A stretch of 64,000 nucleotides of DNA. Origin: Fibrobacteria bacterium (GTDB taxonomy: Bacteria; Fibrobacterota; Chitinivibrionia; Chitinivibrionales; FEN-1185). The stretch lies in NCBI GenBank assembly GCA_037447435.1, contig JBBIGR010000002.1, positions 1-64,000 of the forward strand, given 5' to 3'. The position numbers and the translations under genes were made by a program. Positions 59,434 to 64,000 of the stretch are shown piece by piece. How positions within the stretch are numbered: the first letter of the stretch is position 1; each line of letters begins with the position of its first letter. The notes under the pieces were generated by a model, which saw only the letters and a list, made by a program, of their open reading frames with translations, did not search any database and had not been told where the DNA came from.

Positions 59434-61734
59434 TTACCCGCTTACCGCAATTTTATTCAGCATATCCGAAAGTTCTGCAATTGTAAAGGGTTTGGTCAGG
59501 CTTGCGGTGAAACCGTATTCAACGGGATTTTTCATCACCAGGTTATCGGCATAGCCGCTCACGACAAAAAGGGGAATTTTCGGCAAAGCGCCGTTATTCG
59601 ATTTACGCATCTGTGTTATAATCTCAAGGCCGCCCATTCCGCCGGGAATCGTAAGATCAAAAATCATCGCCGTCAATTGCCCGTTCCCTATTTCATTGTT
59701 GTAATACTCAACCGCTTCTTTCCCGTCGGCTTTGCACACGACCGCGTATCCCAACGATTCAAGGGTTTGCCGCAACGTGTCCCGAACGACTTCTTCGTCG
59801 TCAACAACAAGGATTGTCCCGCTTCCCCGATGCCCGGCATTCGCGGCGACGGATGCGAGCGCAGCCTCGGTCGAAGCAGGAAGAAAAACATGAAACAAGG
59901 CGCCTTTGCCCGCTTCCGATTCCACCTCGATGCATCCGCCGTGCCGGTTGATTATCGAATAACACGTGGCAAGCCCCAGACCGTGTCCCTTTGTTTTTGT
60001 CGTGTAAAAAGGGTCAAAAATGCGCGGCATGATGTTTTTGGGAATACCGATGCCGTTGTCTTTTATCGAAACCCTGACATAATTTCCTTTGACAAGCGGC
60101 GGATGTTCATTTTCTTCAAACGATTGGTTTTCCGCCGATATTTCAATAGACCCGCCGTTCGGCATTGCCTGCTGCGCGTTGATGACGATATTGTCGATCA
60201 CCTGACCGATCTGGTTCTTGTCTATGTTGCATGGCCATAAATCCCCCGCCATCGAGAATCTGCAGGAAATATTCGAACCCGAAAGAGCAAACAGCGCCGC
60301 GTCCTGGACAATGGATTCGATCGGCGTGATTTTTTGAGCCGGTGCGCCGCCCTTGGCAAAGGTTAAGAGCTGCAGGGTTAGCGCACGGGCGCGGCCTAAT
60401 GTCGCAATCGTGGATTCGAGATAATTTTCTGCCTTCGAACCTTTCGAAACCGACCGGGCCAGGTCGATGTAGCCGTAAATTCCGGTAAGTAAATTGTTGA
60501 AATCATGCGCGATACCGCCGGCAAGAATACCGAGGGAATCGAGTTTCTGCGCATTCGCGAGCAGCGTTTCGGTCTTTTTCCGTTCGGTAATATCGGTGAG
60601 CAGGTTGAGGGTGGCTTCTTTCCCTTTCCAATCGATGGGCACCGGGTTTATTTCAATCCAGCAAATTCTTCCGTCCGCGGTCATGATCCTGAATTCATAC
60701 CGCTGCAGCGGCAATCCGCCTTTGGCCCGCCTGCCCCTATTCTCTATTATCAAATACCGGTCGTCGGGGTACACGAATTCCATGAAGGGCCTCGTCAGGA
60801 ATTCCTTTTCGGAATATCCCCACAGCTCCACGGCCTTGTGATTGACAAATTTGCACATGCCGTCCTGCGAAACGAAAATAACCTGGTTCGCATGGTCGAC
60901 CAGGTTCCGGTATTTCTCCTCGCTCTCCAACAGGGCCAATTCGGCCTGCTTACGTTCCGTAATGTCTTCGACAATGGACAAGATGCAGGATTTGGTACCC
61001 TGCCTGATTACTTGCGCCGAAAAAAGCACGGTTCTGATATTTGTGTTTTTTGCCCGAAGCCGTGTTTCAAAACGCGTCACCGATCCATATTCGTGAAGCA
61101 CGGCAACCATTCGTTCCCTGTCCGTATCGGTGACCCACAATTTCAAATCGAGAGTCGAGCGGCCCAATACTTCTTCTCTGGTATACCCGGAAACGCTCGT
61201 GAACGCGGCATTGACTTCGATGATTGCGCCGTCTTCCAAATTCGCAATTATATATGGATAGGGTGTTGCTTTAAATGCGGTCGAGAACCGCTCTTCACTC
61301 TCGCGAAGGGAATTTTCCATATGCCTGCGCTCGGTAATGTCCCGTCCCATTCCTTCAATGAACACGACTGCGCCGTTTGCGTCCCTTACTAACCGAATGT
61401 TCAGTTCTACCCATACGACACCGCCGTCTTTTTTCCGGCACGACACTTCAAAACCCTTTACCGTGTCGCTATGTGCGAGTAAGCCAAGCAATTTTTCGCG
61501 ATCGGCCGGATTTGCATAAATGCTGTATTGTAAATTGCCTGACGTTGACAGCAATTCTTCGGGGGAATCGTATCCGAGGGTACGGGCAAGGGCCGGATTA
61601 ATGTTGACTAAATCCCCTTGCGGGGTCGATTGGAAAATGCCGTCTGTCGAATTTTCAAATATTCTGCGGTACGTTTCTTCACTTCTAATAGCAGCATCGG
61701 GATTTGTTTGTCTGGCCAAACTGTCTTTGGTCAT
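59434..61734 (-). CDS. Cytoplasmic hybrid histidine kinase (3 PAS + HisKA/HATPase + receiver)
   Basis: Three PAS/PAC repeats (DITERK); AGGIAHDFNNLL, NAQQAM, DNGIGI, GLGL; receiver LVVDDE, DLTIPG, KPF. Confidence 0.94.
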   Translation of the reverse strand: MTKDSLARQTNPDAAIRSEETYRRIFENSTDGIFQSTPQGDLVNINPALARTLGYDSPEELLSTSGNLQYSIYANPADREKLLGLLAHSDTVKGFEVSCRKKDGGVVWVELNIRLVRDANGAVVFIEGMGRDITERRHMENSLRESEERFSTAFKATPYPYIIANLEDGAIIEVNAAFTSVSGYTREEVLGRSTLDLKLWVTDTDRERMVAVLHEYGSVTRFETRLRAKNTNIRTVLFSAQVIRQGTKSCILSIVEDITERKQAELALLESEEKYRNLVDHANQVIFVSQDGMCKFVNHKAVELWGYSEKEFLTRPFMEFVYPDDRYLIIENRGRRAKGGLPLQRYEFRIMTADGRICWIEINPVPIDWKGKEATLNLLTDITERKKTETLLANAQKLDSLGILAGGIAHDFNNLLTGIYGYIDLARSVSKGSKAENYLESTIATLGRARALTLQLLTFAKGGAPAQKITPIESIVQDAALFALSGSNISCRFSMAGDLWPCNIDKNQIGQVIDNIVINAQQAMPNGGSIEISAENQSFEENEHPPLVKGNYVRVSIKDNGIGIPKNIMPRIFDPFYTTKTKGHGLGLATCYSIINRHGGCIEVESEAGKGALFHVFLPASTEAALASVAANAGHRGSGTILVVDDEEVVRDTLRQTLESLGYAVVCKADGKEAVEYYNNEIGNGQLTAMIFDLTIPGGMGGLEIITQMRKSNNGALPKIPLFVVSGYADNLVMKNPVEYGFTASLTKPFTIAELSDMLNKIAVSG

Positions 61735-61791
61735 AAACGTCCTGTTCGTCTCGGACTGCAGGGTAGGAGCAATCCCGCAGCGAAGCGGGGG

Positions 61792-63702
61792 CTAGTTTTC
61801 CATTTTAAGCTGAGCAACCAGCTTGACGGTTTTGGCTTCTTTGTTCGACAGCCGGACGCCCTGCGCCTTGACGCCTTTTACGAGGTAATCCGCCAAATTG
61901 AACGATTCCTCCAAAACCCGCAGATAGGCCTTGGGTTTGTATTCGACCTCTATGGTGCCTTCTTTTTCCGTTGTAAACATCTGCACGCTTGCGCCTTCGG
62001 GAACCAAAAAATACGCCTTTTGCATGATGAATTGCTCGATCGTGCAGCGTTTGACATACGGGACCAACGTCTGCGGATGCTTGTAGACAACCGAATAAAC
62101 CGTGTCTTTGTCCACGAACCCGCAAAACAGCATGCCTTTGTCGACAAAGAGTTTGTCGGGCACGTTGAGTACCGAATAGACGCCGTTTTTGCGGATAACG
62201 AGTATCCGGTCGTATTGCGACACGTCGAACAGCGAACTGCCGTTGACTTCGTAGCCCAAATAGCCGTTGTCGCGGTCGTATCGCAATTTCAAATTGCGTT
62301 GTGCGACTTCTCGGACGTCGACCTTTTCAAACGAAACGACCTCGGTTTTCCGGGGATGTGCGGCGCCGTATTTGATGATGATGTCCTGCAAAAACCCTAT
62401 CGAATAATCGATGATGTTTTCCAGAGAATGCTTGATTTCCTTGAGCCGCGTCTTGATTTCGTCCATGTCTTTTTTTGCTTTATTGATGTCGAAGGCCGAA
62501 ATCCTGCGTATCGGAATTTTTAAAAGCGTTTCGACGTCGTCGCCGGTCACCGTGCGCTTTATGATGTCTTTGAACGGTTCCAAACCGTCTATGACCGCCT
62601 GGAAAACGGTCTCCTGCGTTTTCTTGTCTTCTATTTTTTTGTAGACGCGGTTTTCTATGAAAATCTGTTCCAGGGTTTTGGCATGCAACTTGTCGCGCAA
62701 ATGCCCGTCTTCATTTTTAAGCTCGCGCTTTAATATGTCAACCAACCGGTCGGCATTATGCGCGATGACGTCCGAAACGCTCAGGGTAACGGGCTTGCCT
62801 TCCTTGATGACCACCAAATTAGTCGATATCGACACTTCACAATCGGTAAAGGCGTACAACGCGTCGACCGTGTCCTGGGTATGCACGCCGCGGGCGAGCC
62901 GGATTTCGATTTCGACCTGTTCCGAGGTGAAATCCGAAATACCCGCGATTTTTATTTTATTTTTCCGCGCCGCGTCTTCGACGCTCGAAATCAGGCTTTC
63001 CGTGGTCGTACCGTAGGGAATTTCCCGAACCACGATGCGTTTGTCGTCGCTGGTGTCGAGCCGTGCACGCACGCGCACCTTGCCGTTGCCGTCGTTGTAT
63101 TCCGAAGCATCAAGCATTCCGCCTGTCGGAAAATCCGGGTCAACGGAAAACGGTTCTTTACCCAAATAAGCGATTTGCGCCTGCAGCAGTTCTATGAGAT
63201 TGTGCGGCAATATCTTCGTGGCCATCCCCACCGCAATGCCTTCGGCCCCTTGCGCAAGCAGAACGGGAAGCTTTGCGGGCAACGCGATCGGTTCTTTGTT
63301 GCGGCCGTCGTACGAATCCGCGTAATCGGTGACTTCGGGGTTGAACAGCGTCTCTTTTGCCAACGGGGACAAACGGGTCTCGATATACCGCATCGCCGAC
63401 GCTTCGTCGCCGGTGAAAATATTGCCGAAATTTCCCTGTTTATCAAGAAAGAGGTCCTTGTTGGCAATGCCCACAAGGGCGGAGAAAATAGACTGGTCTC
63501 CGTGCGGGTGGTATTTCATGCACTGCCCCACCGCATTGGCGACCTTGTGGTATTTCCCGTCGTCCATTTCGAAAAGCGTATGGAGAATGCGGCGCTGTAC
63601 CGGTTTCAGACCGTCTTCAATGTCGGGAATGGCGCGGTCTTTGATGACATAGCTAGCGTATTCGATAAAGTAGTTCTTATATAAATTCGGTACGAATGCC
63701 AT
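61792..63702 (-). CDS. parC: DNA topoisomerase IV subunit A (short type)
   Basis: RAIPDIEDGLKPVQRR, KYHPHGD, AMRYIE catalytic Tyr, GIAVGMAT. Confidence 0.9.
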   Translation of the reverse strand: MAFVPNLYKNYFIEYASYVIKDRAIPDIEDGLKPVQRRILHTLFEMDDGKYHKVANAVGQCMKYHPHGDQSIFSALVGIANKDLFLDKQGNFGNIFTGDEASAMRYIETRLSPLAKETLFNPEVTDYADSYDGRNKEPIALPAKLPVLLAQGAEGIAVGMATKILPHNLIELLQAQIAYLGKEPFSVDPDFPTGGMLDASEYNDGNGKVRVRARLDTSDDKRIVVREIPYGTTTESLISSVEDAARKNKIKIAGISDFTSEQVEIEIRLARGVHTQDTVDALYAFTDCEVSISTNLVVIKEGKPVTLSVSDVIAHNADRLVDILKRELKNEDGHLRDKLHAKTLEQIFIENRVYKKIEDKKTQETVFQAVIDGLEPFKDIIKRTVTGDDVETLLKIPIRRISAFDINKAKKDMDEIKTRLKEIKHSLENIIDYSIGFLQDIIIKYGAAHPRKTEVVSFEKVDVREVAQRNLKLRYDRDNGYLGYEVNGSSLFDVSQYDRILVIRKNGVYSVLNVPDKLFVDKGMLFCGFVDKDTVYSVVYKHPQTLVPYVKRCTIEQFIMQKAYFLVPEGASVQMFTTEKEGTIEVEYKPKAYLRVLEESFNLADYLVKGVKAQGVRLSNKEAKTVKLVAQLKMEN

Positions 63703-64000
63703 TACAACAAATTCTCCATGATAAAGTCTTTTCGCTGCGGCGTGTTTTTTCCCATGTAAAATTCCAGCGTTTCGGGGATGTTCTTGATCGATTTCACATT
63801 GACTTCCACAAGCCGTATGTCCTCGCCGATGAATTGCCCGAATTCATTGGGCGAGATTTCCCCCAGCCCTTTGAATCGCGTGGTCTCGGCGTCGCGTATT
63901 TCTTTCAGCGCACTGTCGCGTTCCTTTTCGCTGTAACAATAACGGGTCTCTTTTTTATTGCGCACCCGAAACAGCGGGGTCTCCAGTATGAACAAATGGT
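63702..64000 (-). CDS. parE: DNA topoisomerase IV subunit B, C-terminal fragment (runs off window end)
   Basis: [35 protein letters not shown] overlap with parC. Confidence 0.88.
   Translation of the reverse strand, partial: HLFILETPLFRVRNKKETRYCYSEKERDSALKEIRDAETTRFKGLGEISPNEFGQFIGEDIRLVEVNVKSIKNIPETLEFYMGKNTPQRKDFIMENLL

Noticed and set aside
63490..63520. ParC QRDR reads HPHGDQS rather than HPHGDS
   Set aside because: Natural variation in this short topo IV clade; cannot infer acquired quinolone resistance.

Overview
Bacterial chromosomal window with about 50 CDS. No rRNA, tRNA, CRISPR array or transposase was seen. Several secreted proteins end in a T9SS/FlgD-like C-terminal domain, which suggests an FCB-group organism, probably Fibrobacterota/Chitinivibrionia (inference). 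Housekeeping genes include birA, coaX, nnr, thpR, ppdK, pal, nadE, murJ, an MdlAB-like ABC pair, smc, purB, a D,D-carboxypeptidase and parC/parE. Two loci stand out. (1) At 52489-54432 a radical SAM/SPASM maturase is followed by two tandem ~78-aa precursor-like peptides sharing an invariant internal core AESGDNCGCNSGCGA (two tandem NxxC motifs, only synonymous differences). This is a candidate new RiPP (ranthipeptide-like) system with leader-core-follower architecture. (2) At 11835-19572 an operon encodes an orphan TssB-TssC sheath-like fusion, a LysM-FecR protein, a CHASE2 Ser/Thr kinase, an FHA-TM-lytic transglycosylase and a PflX-like radical SAM protein. Non-coding features include GTAG-type REP palindromes, a perfect FNR-type box upstream of a hemerythrin gene, and two candidate structured RNA elements. 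All calls come from motif reading only; no searches were run.
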